Of a stretch of DNA of 64,000 nucleotides, positions 28,241 through 38,303 are shown in pieces (within the stretch, counting starts at the first letter, position 1; every line of letters starts with the position of its first letter). Source of the stretch: Planctomycetales bacterium (lineage in GTDB: Bacteria > Omnitrophota > Gorgyraeia > Zapsychrales > Zapsychraceae); the NCBI GenBank assembly GCA_005239675.1, contig SBBO01000041.1, positions 3,187 through 67,186 on the forward strand, given 5' to 3'. The notes under the pieces were generated by a model, which saw only the letters and a list, made by a program, of their open reading frames with translations, did no database searches and was not told the origin of the DNA. The position numbers and the translations under genes were made by a program.

Positions 28241-31200
28241 TCAGAAGATTTCTTTTAATATTGCCCCCACCCCTTCCTTCAATATTTCCGTTCCTTCTTT
28301 GAGGGTGTCTATTGTCTTTTCGAGGACCTTGACGGGAAGGACCTGGACCTTGTAGTGGGGTCGGCGTAATGTCCCGGTTAGGCGGATGTTGAGGTAGTCT
28401 TGTGTCTGGGTAAGCAAAAGCGATGTGGCCTTTTTGAGTGATTTAGATTCGATGGCGGTTAATTCGCTAAATATTGGGGTAATGTCAAAATGAATGTTTT
28501 GGTTGAAATCGATCCATCCTTCGCCTTTAATGCTGATCGCTTTGCTGTCGAGCGAGGCGTCTTTGGTGACTGTCTTTCCATCCGCAACAGTAAAATGTGC
28601 CTGTGCGCTGGTAAAAACGACGTTTTGAAATTCAGGGACTAAAAGCGCCCCCCAGAGTCCCTCTAGGATGCCCCACTGCCAGATGTGTCCATCCGTTACG
28701 GTGAACACCCCATCGCCTTTCCATTGCATCGGGATACGGATGTCGCCATTAAGATTGAGAGATCCAGAAAGTTTGCCAGCCAGGAATTTATTCTTGATTA
28801 AGTCGTTGGTGCGTAGCTGGGCCAAGTCCACATCGACCATTGACCCGGAGAATTGGGTCATGATATTATCTGCGGTCAAATCTGTCGAGGAGACGATTTT
28901 AAGTTCGCCATTGTAGAGGTTGCCCTGTAGGTTAAGTTTGCTGATGTTACGGTCGCGCTCTTCTTCTTGAATCACCAGATCATCGATATGAAATCCGCGG
29001 ATGGATACCGTCGGGGCACTGGCTGTAAATGTCAGATTCCAATCACGCCATTGGCTTGGTTTTCCCTGGAATAACCCATCTCCCGTGAGGGTGCCGATGA
29101 GTTGTAGCTGCTTGAGCGTTTTTTGGTGCGCCGGCAATATCATTGCCAGGTCTTCTAAGTTGAGGGCAAACGTCCCCCGTAGGTCCCAGTCAGGCTCACC
29201 GTCCAAGATCCCCCGCACATCCCCTTTGGCATCCAGAGAACTGTTGAGGTATTTTCCGGTCAGTGTAACAATCTGAAATGCATTATTTAAGATTTTAATT
29301 TGCGTTGTTACATCCAACTCGTCGGATACAACCCTTAGGTCGAGTGTGGGGCGGCTGAAATTGGCTAACTGGCCGTTTAGAGTATACCGTCTGGATTGAT
29401 AGAGGCCTTGGAGATCTTTCCAGGTGACGAGGTCTTTTTGATAACTAATCTCACCAGAGACACTGGTAACTCCTTGCGCTAGTTTTGTGGAGGCGATGGC
29501 TGCTTCTTCGAGACGGATGATCGCCTTGATGTCAGCGGTGGCAGGGTCTTGCAACGTTCCGTGATAGGAGGCCTCGAGCTCGGCCGTGCCTATCGGGCGC
29601 AGTGGTATTTTTTCTGTTAATACTGTCAATGTAGCGAACAGTTTCTGTAAATCGAGATTGTTTGTCTTGGCCTGGATGTTTAAAACAGGGTTTAGAAAGT
29701 CGGTCAACGAACCAGAGAGCATTATATCCATGCCTTGGGTCTGAAAGAAAACCTGTTTAATTGAGAGCGTGTCGGTATTAAAGCGAACGTTTCCATGGAT
29801 ATTGGTCAGGGTATCCACGTAAGGGAGACCCTGCAGGGTTGCCTCGGCAAGATTTAAGTCGCCGGCATAGGAATGATGCCTGTCTTGCCTGGGGTCATAA
29901 CGGTAGGCGAGTGTGCCGTGTGGAGAACCTACGAATTTTAACTGCGGGTCCAACTGGAGTAGGGCCTGGGGCAGTTGGACATCTGACTTTATCTTAACAC
30001 GGCCTTCGTGTCCAGTGACGATTGTTCGCTGGGTATTGAGGTCCGATTGCAGGAATCTGTCTTGGCCCCAGTCTAGGCGCCCGTTAGTTAATTGCATGTC
30101 GGTAAGGAATACCCATTGTCTTGGCTCAAAGACTATTTTTGTCTGCCGGGTGACCAGTCGGCCCTTGAGGCCACTGTGTTCTGCAAACACGGCCTGGAGA
30201 CCATCTAGGTTTAGTGCGGCTTGCAGGTGCAGTGCGTTGTTATTTTGGCGCAACATAAGGTCTTTAACTTCTGCCGTTTGTGCGCGCAGATTCTGAGTGC
30301 CTCCCAAGGAAAGAAAGATGTCTCGAATGGTGAGATTCATTTTTCCTCCCAGGCCTTTAGTAGATGCCTCAAGTGACTCGATGTCAGCTGTAATGCTGCC
30401 CTGGAATAAACGGTTGCCAGCCTTCGAGACCTTGGTCTCGGGGAGCTCCAGATGTCCATTGACATGCCAATGATCAGCTTGTCGTTCCAAAGAGAGATTC
30501 GTCACTTTGATGGTGGCAGCAATCTGATTATCTGGGCCGACATCGATGAGCGTCTTGTCGAGTAGCAAGTTTCCCAGGATTTGAATATGCTTTGCTGTCT
30601 GATTTAATGTTATGTCCAAAGATGTTAATTCGCCTTTGTGCATAGTTGTGTTCGCTGGGGCTTTGGCAGACGGTGATAAAGGGAAAAGTGCTGCATAAGC
30701 GGCTAGAGGGATATTTTGGGCAGAGATTCGGGAAGACAGCTCACGCTTGTCGATAGCGTAGTTGCCTTTTACGCTGATAGTGGCCTCGCGGCGCGGTATT
30801 TTGGCCTTCAGGATAAAACGAATGATTTTGTTTAAAGAGATCCGTGTGTCTAAATAGATATCGTTGATGAGCTCCTGAAAAGATTCAGATGTTGTTTGAT
30901 CGGTGTAGGTGATTTCTCCATCTTGGATGATGATTTTGCGTGGGACAATTTGCCATGAATTCTTGGCAGGTTTTTTTGTCTGTCCCGGCATGTTCTGTGG
31001 TGGGACAGGCCCTGTTGGCAGCGGGGTAAACAAATCAGAAAAATTCCATTGGTTCGGGGCCTCGCGCACGATTTGGATAAATGGACCGCTTATGCGCATC
31101 GAAGGGACAAAGATAAGTTTTTGTTGGAATACGGGTATTAGGAGCGCCTGACAAGAGATCTCATCGGCCCGGACAAAGACACGGCTTGAATCGTCTTTTT

Positions 31201-31414
31201 GAAAGACCGTCAGGTTATGTATGATGAAACCACGCAAAAGGCTGAAATGGATTTCTTCGAGGGATACGCGGCGTTGGAGAAATTCTTGCGCCTTGGTAAT
31301 GATGAAGCGTTTGAACTGGAGAGGGAGGAAGATATTTTCGATATAGAAGTAGAAGAAGTATATGAGGATGAAGGCAGTCAGGATGGCGTATGTTGTCTTG
31401 CGTGTCCAGTGCAT
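28241..31414 (-). CDS. AsmA/TamB-like large envelope protein
   Basis: Size is 1057 aa, with a single N-terminal TM (YAILTAFILIYFFYFYI) and a long beta-rich body with repeated LxGxLxL segments. The C-terminal region is typical of the AsmA family. Confidence 0.55.
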   Translation of the reverse strand: MHWTRKTTYAILTAFILIYFFYFYIENIFLPLQFKRFIITKAQEFLQRRVSLEEIHFSLLRGFIIHNLTVFQKDDSSRVFVRADEISCQALLIPVFQQKLIFVPSMRISGPFIQIVREAPNQWNFSDLFTPLPTGPVPPQNMPGQTKKPAKNSWQIVPRKIIIQDGEITYTDQTTSESFQELINDIYLDTRISLNKIIRFILKAKIPRREATISVKGNYAIDKRELSSRISAQNIPLAAYAALFPLSPSAKAPANTTMHKGELTSLDITLNQTAKHIQILGNLLLDKTLIDVGPDNQIAATIKVTNLSLERQADHWHVNGHLELPETKVSKAGNRLFQGSITADIESLEASTKGLGGKMNLTIRDIFLSLGGTQNLRAQTAEVKDLMLRQNNNALHLQAALNLDGLQAVFAEHSGLKGRLVTRQTKIVFEPRQWVFLTDMQLTNGRLDWGQDRFLQSDLNTQRTIVTGHEGRVKIKSDVQLPQALLQLDPQLKFVGSPHGTLAYRYDPRQDRHHSYAGDLNLAEATLQGLPYVDTLTNIHGNVRFNTDTLSIKQVFFQTQGMDIMLSGSLTDFLNPVLNIQAKTNNLDLQKLFATLTVLTEKIPLRPIGTAELEASYHGTLQDPATADIKAIIRLEEAAIASTKLAQGVTSVSGEISYQKDLVTWKDLQGLYQSRRYTLNGQLANFSRPTLDLRVVSDELDVTTQIKILNNAFQIVTLTGKYLNSSLDAKGDVRGILDGEPDWDLRGTFALNLEDLAMILPAHQKTLKQLQLIGTLTGDGLFQGKPSQWRDWNLTFTASAPTVSIRGFHIDDLVIQEEERDRNISKLNLQGNLYNGELKIVSSTDLTADNIMTQFSGSMVDVDLAQLRTNDLIKNKFLAGKLSGSLNLNGDIRIPMQWKGDGVFTVTDGHIWQWGILEGLWGALLVPEFQNVVFTSAQAHFTVADGKTVTKDASLDSKAISIKGEGWIDFNQNIHFDITPIFSELTAIESKSLKKATSLLLTQTQDYLNIRLTGTLRRPHYKVQVLPVKVLEKTIDTLKEGTEILKEGVGAILKEIF

Positions 31415-31585
31415 AGAAATTTATTATAACCAAGCGCAGCATGGGTTGTAAAGGGAATCCGTGCCAGCATCTCATTATCCTTCACAATTTATGTCCAGCG
31501 AGCATCTCGGTTAATTAAGACTCGAGATCGGATCTTTAGAATAAAGTTTTACTTATTTTAGCTTTAAGTATAAACTTGAATACAT

Positions 31586-32644
31586 ATGCGAGTCCTTATT
31601 ATTAATATTTTTGGTATAGGGGACGTACTTTTCACGACGCCGCTTATCAGTAACCTTAAGGCAGCTTACCCTGATAGTTACATCGGGTACCTGTGCAATC
31701 GCAGGACCTCCCCACTTCTGGAACGTAACCCCCATATCGCCCGGATTTTTGTATATGAGCGCGATCAATTGAACGCTGTGCGCCAGAAATCGCAGTTGGA
31801 ATACTGGGGGGCGCTGGGAGAATTGGTGATCGACATCCGTAAGGAGCGGTTTGATATCGTTTTAGATGTGTCCTTGAATAGTTTTATGGGATTTATCGGT
31901 TGGGCGGCTGGCATCCCTAAACGCATCGGCTTCAATTATAAAGGCCGAGGGTTTTTTTTGAATAAACAAATCTTTCTGGCGGGTTACCAAGACAGGCATG
32001 TGGTGGAATACTACCTCGACCTTTTGGCCGAAATTAGCGTACCGGTTTCTCAGCAAAGAATGGAATTTCCTCTTACAGTTCAGGATATACAATGGGCAGA
32101 ACAATTTGTGCAAGAAAATTGTGCGATGGGTACAGGACCAATCATTGGGCTTGTTCCTGGAGGGGGAGAAAGCTGGGGTAAAGATGCCAGATACAAGCGT
32201 TGGCCGGCGCAGTGTTTCTCAAAATTAGCTGACAAATTGATTGAAAAACTTGAGGCGCAGATTATACTGATGGGTGCTTGTCTGGAGGCGAATTTGTGCC
32301 GTGAGGTTGTCCACGGGATGAATTATCCTTGCATTGATGTATGCGGGAAGACATCTTTAAGTCAGTTCGCGGCGCTGACTAAGCAATGTGTGCTTATGGT
32401 CGTCAATGACGGTGGCCCTCTGCACGTGGCGGTCGCGGCTGGGGCCAAGACCGTTTCCATCTTTGGACCAGTGGATGAAGTTGTTTATGGACCATATCCC
32501 ATTGAAGGACAGAAGGTTTTGAAGAAAAATATTGCCTGTCAGCCTTGCTATCGGCAGTTCCGGCGAGCAAGTTGCGATCATATCCGCTGTCTTAACGAAC
32601 TTAGTGTAGACGAAGTATTTGAGAAAGTGGCGGAATTTTTATGA
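31586..32644 (+). CDS. Glycosyltransferase family 9 (LPS heptosyltransferase-like)
   Basis: MRVLIINIFGIGDVLFTTPLISNLKAAYP is a GT9 N-terminus. It also has a C-terminal NDGGPLHVAVAAG motif. Confidence 0.75.
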   Translation: MRVLIINIFGIGDVLFTTPLISNLKAAYPDSYIGYLCNRRTSPLLERNPHIARIFVYERDQLNAVRQKSQLEYWGALGELVIDIRKERFDIVLDVSLNSFMGFIGWAAGIPKRIGFNYKGRGFFLNKQIFLAGYQDRHVVEYYLDLLAEISVPVSQQRMEFPLTVQDIQWAEQFVQENCAMGTGPIIGLVPGGGESWGKDARYKRWPAQCFSKLADKLIEKLEAQIILMGACLEANLCREVVHGMNYPCIDVCGKTSLSQFAALTKQCVLMVVNDGGPLHVAVAAGAKTVSIFGPVDEVVYGPYPIEGQKVLKKNIACQPCYRQFRRASCDHIRCLNELSVDEVFEKVAEFL

Positions 32645-33780
32645 AGGTCCCTTTTATTGATTTTCGTGAACAGTATTATGTCGTCAGAGACCAGATTGAC
32701 GCTGGTCTCAAAAAAGTCTTTGAGGATGGTACTTTTATTTTAGGTCCGCAGGAAAGAGATTTTGAGCAGGCCTTTGCGCGGTATTGTGAGGCCCCTTATG
32801 CTGTAGGGGTTAATTCCGGAACAGATGCCTTGTATTTGGCATTGGTCGCGCTCAATGTCGGCCCCGGAGATGAGGTTATCCTGCCTAGTTTTACTTTTAT
32901 TGCAACGGCCTTGTGCGTTTCGTACACAGGCGCCAAACCGGTCTTTGTGGATATCGAAGAGAGGACCTACAACATTGATCCTGATAAATTTGCCGCAGCC
33001 ATTACCCCCAGAACAAAGGTTATTATCCCCGTGCATATTTACGGCCAGCCAGCCGATATAAATCAAATCACAGAGCTGGCCAAACGCCATAAAATCGCGG
33101 TGGTTGAGGACGCCTGTCAGGCGCATGGCGCGACCTATCAGGGCAGAAAGACGGGGTCCCTGGGCGATATCGCCTGTTTTAGTTTTTATCCAACTAAAAG
33201 CCTGGGAGGCTGCGGAGATGGTGGCATGATTGTCACTAACAACAAAGAAATTTACGAAAAGATATTGATGCTGCGCGATTACGGACGCCAGGGACGTTAT
33301 GACCACAAAATCAAAGGATACAATTCACGTCTCGATACAGTGCAGGCGGTCGTGTTGGCGGCAAAATTGCCGCATCTTGATCAATGGAACAGGATGCGCA
33401 ACGACGTTGCCGTGCAGTACGGGCAGTTATTAAAGAATATCGATAGCATTATAACCCCTTTTCTTGAAAAGGACCGCACCCACGTTTTCCAGACTTATGC
33501 CGTGCGGGTGCCTAACCGTGACAAGGTTTGTGGGCAGATGAAAAATAGAGGGGTGGATGTCTTGATCCATTATCCTATTGCACTCCATTTGCAGGAGGCC
33601 TACGCGGACCTGGGATACAAGAGAGGGGATTGTCCGGTGTCGGAAGCGGTTGCCGATGATATTTTGTCTTTGCCTATATTTCCACACATGAAGAAAGAAC
33701 AAATTGATTATGTGTGCGCAGCCCTGAGAGAATTGGTGGAAAATAAGCAACGGGTTGGGTTGAGGGCAATTGACACATGA
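32641..33780 (+). CDS. DegT/DnrJ/EryC1/StrS-family sugar aminotransferase
   Basis: GPQERDFEQAFARY, GTDALYLAL, EDACQAHGA, and SFYPTKSLGGCGDGGMIVTN (PLP lysine). Confidence 0.85.
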   Translation: MKVPFIDFREQYYVVRDQIDAGLKKVFEDGTFILGPQERDFEQAFARYCEAPYAVGVNSGTDALYLALVALNVGPGDEVILPSFTFIATALCVSYTGAKPVFVDIEERTYNIDPDKFAAAITPRTKVIIPVHIYGQPADINQITELAKRHKIAVVEDACQAHGATYQGRKTGSLGDIACFSFYPTKSLGGCGDGGMIVTNNKEIYEKILMLRDYGRQGRYDHKIKGYNSRLDTVQAVVLAAKLPHLDQWNRMRNDVAVQYGQLLKNIDSIITPFLEKDRTHVFQTYAVRVPNRDKVCGQMKNRGVDVLIHYPIALHLQEAYADLGYKRGDCPVSEAVADDILSLPIFPHMKKEQIDYVCAALRELVENKQRVGLRAIDT

Positions 33781-34553
33781 TAGGCAAGGTTCCTGTGACC
33801 GTTGTTGTCATCACAAAGAATGAAGAGGCCAATATTGAGGAGTGCCTAGGCAGCATCTATGGGTGGGCCGGGGAAATTATGGTGGTTGACGATGAAAGCA
33901 CTGATCGCACTGTTACGCTGGCGCGTGCATATACCGATCGCGTCTTGTCGCGCAAGATGGACAATGAAGGGATCCACCGCAACTGGGCGCATGCTAAGGC
34001 CAGCCATGCGTGGGTCATGATTCTGGATGCTGATGAGCGGGCGACTGAAGGGCTCAAAGAGGAAATAGACGCCGTCTTGCCGGAGACGACACACAGTTGT
34101 TTCTCTATTCCAATCAAGACATATATCGGCAATACGTGGATTCGGTATTCAGGCTGGTATCCGGCAAGCAAGATTCGGCTCTTTAAGAAGAATGATTTCC
34201 AGTACGAACCAGTCGGCGTTCATCCACGGGCGATCTTAGCTGAGGGGAAAACCGAAGGGCGCCTCACTAAAGACATCATTCACAAGGGCTATCCGGACAT
34301 TGAGCATTTCCTGTCCAGCGTTAATCGCCAGACGACGCTGGAGGCGCAGAAATGGCTTACAACCGGACGTAAGATGTCTCTAGGGATGGCGCTGTGGCGG
34401 GTGATCGACCGTTTTCCGCGGCGGTATCTGCGCAAGAGAGGATACCAGGATGGGTTATACGGCTTTGTGATTGCCTTCTTTGATTCCTTGTATCAGCTCC
34501 TGAGCTACCTAAAATATGTGGAGATGAGAAAAAATAGTGTTAAGAATTGTTAG
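33777..34553 (+). CDS. Glycosyltransferase family 2
   Basis: VVVITKNEEANIEECLGS...VVDDESTDRT...ILDADE (DxD). This is a GT-A fold pattern. Confidence 0.75.
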   Translation: MIGKVPVTVVVITKNEEANIEECLGSIYGWAGEIMVVDDESTDRTVTLARAYTDRVLSRKMDNEGIHRNWAHAKASHAWVMILDADERATEGLKEEIDAVLPETTHSCFSIPIKTYIGNTWIRYSGWYPASKIRLFKKNDFQYEPVGVHPRAILAEGKTEGRLTKDIIHKGYPDIEHFLSSVNRQTTLEAQKWLTTGRKMSLGMALWRVIDRFPRRYLRKRGYQDGLYGFVIAFFDSLYQLLSYLKYVEMRKNSVKNC

Positions 34554-34600
34554 AGAGGTCTACGGATTTCCATTGTCAACATATTATAACTTTCGATACG

Positions 34601-35173
34601 ATGAAATTAGTCTTCCTTGATCGAGACGGTGTCATTAATGAATTTCCAGGTAACGGGCGCTATGTGACCAAAGTAAAGGAATTTCATTTCATCTCAGGAT
34701 CCTTGGAGGGCCTGCGGATTTTAAGCGAAAATGATTTTACGATTTTTGTCATCTCTAACCAGGCTGGTGTTGGCAAGGGAGTCTACAGCCGGAAAAAGCT
34801 TAATCATATCACGCGCTATATGCTCAGGAAGGTAAAGAATGCCGGTGGGCGCATCAAAAAGATTTTTTATTGCACGCATCCCTCCAACCATGGCTGCGAT
34901 TGTCGTAAGCCAGAGATCGGGTCTGTCCGTCGGGCGCTGGAATCCATGAATAAAACCATCCGTTCAGCCCAAAAAGCCTTTTTTGTTGGCGATACGCAGG
35001 TAGATATCCTGGCTGGACACAATGCTGGGTGCAAAACTATTTTTATCCTCTCTGGCCGCGAAACCCGTCGGGACATGCGTCGGTGGACCGTTCAGCCAGA
35101 TTTTGTCGCTCCTAATTTGCTAGAGGCCGCGATCATCATTAATCGTAGCTATGCCAAGAGGCCTTCTGCATAG
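34601..35173 (+). CDS. gmhB: D-glycero-D-manno-heptose 1,7-bisphosphate phosphatase (HAD)
   Basis: FLDRDGVIN, ISNQAGVGKG, CxxxxxxxCDCRKP zinc motif, and VGDTQVDILAG. The start is taken at ATG 34601 rather than the upstream ORF-track start. Confidence 0.8.
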   Translation: MKLVFLDRDGVINEFPGNGRYVTKVKEFHFISGSLEGLRILSENDFTIFVISNQAGVGKGVYSRKKLNHITRYMLRKVKNAGGRIKKIFYCTHPSNHGCDCRKPEIGSVRRALESMNKTIRSAQKAFFVGDTQVDILAGHNAGCKTIFILSGRETRRDMRRWTVQPDFVAPNLLEAAIIINRSYAKRPSA

Positions 35174-35179
35174 TTCTCA

Positions 35180-36280
35180 ATGAAAGTCCTCGTCATCCAT
35201 ACTTGCGCAGGGGCTGGCCATCTTAAGGCGGCTGAGGCCCTGTATGCCGGCCTTAAACAAAATACGCCCCATGAGATTGTCCTGGTGGATGCCCTCGATT
35301 ATACCAGCCCTTCTTTCAAGACCTTCTACCAGCGCGGTTACGTGCTTTTGGTCACCCGATTTCCTTGGTTGTGGGGATTCTTATTCCGGTTGTTAGATAT
35401 AGACATTGTTCAGCCGTTATTGCGACTTTTTCACAGGATAGGCAATGGATGGAACGCGCGACGCTTAGTTGCCTTTCTTAGGGAACAGGAATTTGATTAT
35501 ATTTTTTCTACGCATTTTATGCCCAGTGAAGTAGTGGCAACTGCCAAGCAATCAGGCTTAATTCATGCGAAGCTCATTACGGTCGTGACGGATTTTGACG
35601 TGCACAAAATCTGGCTGCATCCAGCAACGGATTTCTACACCGTTGCCTGTAATTGGACACATGACAAGATCAAGCATCTAGGGGTCAAAGAAGAGAAGAT
35701 CTGTATCTGCGGGATCCCGACCCATGGACAATTCGCATTACCGCATGACATAGGTCGGCTTAAAGAAAAGTTAGGACTCAAAAAAGATGTGTTTACCGTT
35801 TTGATCGCGACCGGTTCTTTCGGGATAGGGCCCATTGAACAATTGTTGGAGGCCTTGGGTGAGTTTCAAAGGGTTGTGGTCTGCGGTCGCAATCAAGCCC
35901 TTTTCCAGCGGCTCGTGCGGAAAAATTATCCTTTCGCGAAGATCTTGGGGCTAGTTGACAACATGCCCGAATTGATGGCGGTTGCTGACGTTATGGTCAC
36001 CAAACCCGGCGGACTTTCCATCGCCGAGGCCCTCGTGCGGCAAGTGCCGATGATTTTTTTTCATCCTATCGCCGGCCAAGAGACGAATAATGTCCATGTC
36101 CTTAAGGAGCATGGGATAGGCGTCATGGCGGCTGATGTGCCGGCTATTGTTCGCGCAATAAAAGAATTGCACGATTCAAGGGACTTATATCTGACCGCAG
36201 CCAAACAAACCAATCAGTTGGCGCGTCCAGAGGCAGTCCGGGATATTATTGCTTTAATAAATTCGCAGCACAAAGCATAG
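35180..36280 (+). CDS. MGDG-synthase-like / GT28-family glycolipid glycosyltransferase
   Basis: N-terminal VLVIHTCAGAGHLKAAEAL and C-terminal VTKPGGLSIAEAL...P...P.AGQE..N pattern. Confidence 0.65.
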   Translation: MKVLVIHTCAGAGHLKAAEALYAGLKQNTPHEIVLVDALDYTSPSFKTFYQRGYVLLVTRFPWLWGFLFRLLDIDIVQPLLRLFHRIGNGWNARRLVAFLREQEFDYIFSTHFMPSEVVATAKQSGLIHAKLITVVTDFDVHKIWLHPATDFYTVACNWTHDKIKHLGVKEEKICICGIPTHGQFALPHDIGRLKEKLGLKKDVFTVLIATGSFGIGPIEQLLEALGEFQRVVVCGRNQALFQRLVRKNYPFAKILGLVDNMPELMAVADVMVTKPGGLSIAEALVRQVPMIFFHPIAGQETNNVHVLKEHGIGVMAADVPAIVRAIKELHDSRDLYLTAAKQTNQLARPEAVRDIIALINSQHKA

Positions 36281-36555
36281 GACCTCTACTTGTCCCCTGC
36301 GGATTTCCTGAAGGCGGATAGCCGGCTGGAACAAATCTGAAATCTTAACCAGGATTTTGTTAATTTTTACGGTGGTTAATAAAATTTTGAGATTTCAGGC
36401 CTAAGAATTTGAAAGTTTAGGGGGCAGTGTTTGGATCCCGAGACGAAGCAGGAAGGACAGCGACGTTACGGTTTTTTCCAACGGCCTAAGACACCGCGGT
36501 ATTGGAGTTGTATGTTAAAAATTATCATATTTTCATATTATCGGAGGATCTTGGT

Positions 36556-37401
36556 ATGATGATAAAGCCTAAGACAGCGCATGATTTAGTTCGATGGGCA
36601 CCTTGTGGTCAATATGCGGACATTCAATACTATAAGGCTGATGGGATTGCCAAGATCACGATCAATCGTCCTGAGGTGCATAATGCCTTCCGGCCACAGA
36701 CGGTTAAAGAGATGGCCCAGGCCATGAATGACGCGCGTGATGATAATACAATTGGGGTGATTATCTTGACCGGCGCCGGTCAAGAGGCCTTTTGCTCCGG
36801 CGGTGACCAGCGGATTCGCGGTGAGGCCGGTTACAAAGATGAGCTAGGCATTCATCGCCTCAACGTCTTGGACTTTCAGCGTCAGATGCGCAGTTGCCCG
36901 AAGCCCATTATCGCGATGGTCGCTGGCTACGCCATTGGCGGTGGGCATGTGTTGCATCTTTTGTGTGATTTGACGATTGCGGCGGATAACGCGATCTTCG
37001 GTCAGACCGGACCCAAGGTCGGTTCCTTCGACGGTGGATATGGCGCCAGTTATCTGGCGCGGGTCGTTGGACAAAAAAAGGCGCGCGAGATTTGGTATCT
37101 GTGCCGGCAATATACGGCCCAAGAGGCGCTCGCTATGGGCCTTGTGAATAAAGTTGTTCCCTACGCGCAATTAGAAAAAGAGACCGTGCGCTGGTGCCGG
37201 GAAATTTTAGCGAATTCGCCCATGGCCATCCGTTGTCTCAAGGCCGCTTTTAATGCAGATTGCGATGGTCAGGCCGGTCTTCAGGAGCTCGCTGGCAACG
37301 CGACCATGCTTTTTTATATGAGTGAAGAAGGACAGGAAGGACGTAATGCGTTCTTGGAGAAACGCAAACCAAATTTTGGAAAGTTTCCGCGACGACCTTA
37401 G
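36556..37401 (+). CDS. menB: 1,4-dihydroxy-2-naphthoyl-CoA synthase
   Basis: Crotonase fold with [53 protein letters not shown], and C-terminal [19 protein letters not shown] lies 8 nt upstream of ATG 36556. Confidence 0.9.
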   Translation: MMIKPKTAHDLVRWAPCGQYADIQYYKADGIAKITINRPEVHNAFRPQTVKEMAQAMNDARDDNTIGVIILTGAGQEAFCSGGDQRIRGEAGYKDELGIHRLNVLDFQRQMRSCPKPIIAMVAGYAIGGGHVLHLLCDLTIAADNAIFGQTGPKVGSFDGGYGASYLARVVGQKKAREIWYLCRQYTAQEALAMGLVNKVVPYAQLEKETVRWCREILANSPMAIRCLKAAFNADCDGQAGLQELAGNATMLFYMSEEGQEGRNAFLEKRKPNFGKFPRRP

Positions 37402-37421
37402 GGGTTAGGGACAATAATCTC

Positions 37422-38303
37422 ATGGGACAATTCTTTAAGTGTTGGTTTTTAGCTATTCGCCCCAAGACGCTGCCTGCCGCGATTGCGCCAGTTTTGACAG
37501 GTACGGCCATGGCCTTGGGTGATGGTATTGCCGATTTACCAACGGCATTGTTTTGCCTTTTGGCCGCCGTTACTCTCCAGGTTGGCACCAATCTTGCCAA
37601 CGATTATTACGACCACAAGAAGGGTGTTGATACCACGCAACGGATCGGTCCCATCCGGGTGACGCAGGCAGGATTGATTGCGTCGGAGAGTGTAAGGGCG
37701 GCATTTATCGCCGTATTTATACTGGCAGCGTTTATCTGTGTGGGCTTGGTGGTGCGCGCGGGATGGCCGATTGCGGTCATTGGCATCTTGGCTATCCTTT
37801 CCGGAATTTTCTATACAGCAGGACCAAGCCCTTTAGGATATAGGGGCTGGGGAGACATTTTGGTTTTTATTTTTTTTGGACCGGTCGCTGTGGCTGGGAC
37901 GTATTATGTGCAATCGCTGGAACTAAACACTGCTATTATTTTCGCCGGATTCGGGCCCGGGCTTTTGTCGGTTGCAATTTTGACCATCAACAATCTGCGC
38001 GACATGGACTCCGATCGCAAATCAGGCAAAAATACGCTCGCCGTGCGCTTTGGGCGTTCGTTTGCATTGTCGGAATATCTGGTTTGCGTTCTTGGCGCGA
38101 TGTTTGTGCCCATCTTCATTTATGTATTCATCGAAGACCATTTGGCGATTTTAGGATCTACGATTGTCAGTTTGATTGCCATCCCCACGATCAAGACTGT
38201 ATTGATCGCAACCGATGGACCGTCACTCAATGCCGCCTTGGCCTCCACTGCTCAGCTTTTACTTATCTATAGCATTTTGTTTTCCATCGGATGGATCCTG
38301 TGA
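37422..38303 (+). CDS. menA: 1,4-dihydroxy-2-naphthoate polyprenyltransferase
   Basis: UbiA-family membrane protein with NDYYDHKKGVD and NNLRDMDSDRKSGKNTLAV Asp-rich motifs. It sits in the men context. Confidence 0.85.
   Translation: MGQFFKCWFLAIRPKTLPAAIAPVLTGTAMALGDGIADLPTALFCLLAAVTLQVGTNLANDYYDHKKGVDTTQRIGPIRVTQAGLIASESVRAAFIAVFILAAFICVGLVVRAGWPIAVIGILAILSGIFYTAGPSPLGYRGWGDILVFIFFGPVAVAGTYYVQSLELNTAIIFAGFGPGLLSVAILTINNLRDMDSDRKSGKNTLAVRFGRSFALSEYLVCVLGAMFVPIFIYVFIEDHLAILGSTIVSLIAIPTIKTVLIATDGPSLNAALASTAQLLLIYSILFSIGWIL

Noticed and set aside
32740-33306. 188-aa ORF antisense to the DegT aminotransferase gene. Similar antisense ORFs lie at 43907-44452, 50877-51362 and 58724-59236.
   Set aside because: Each lies opposite a strongly supported enzyme gene and lacks recognisable motifs or RBS, so they are treated as shadow ORFs.
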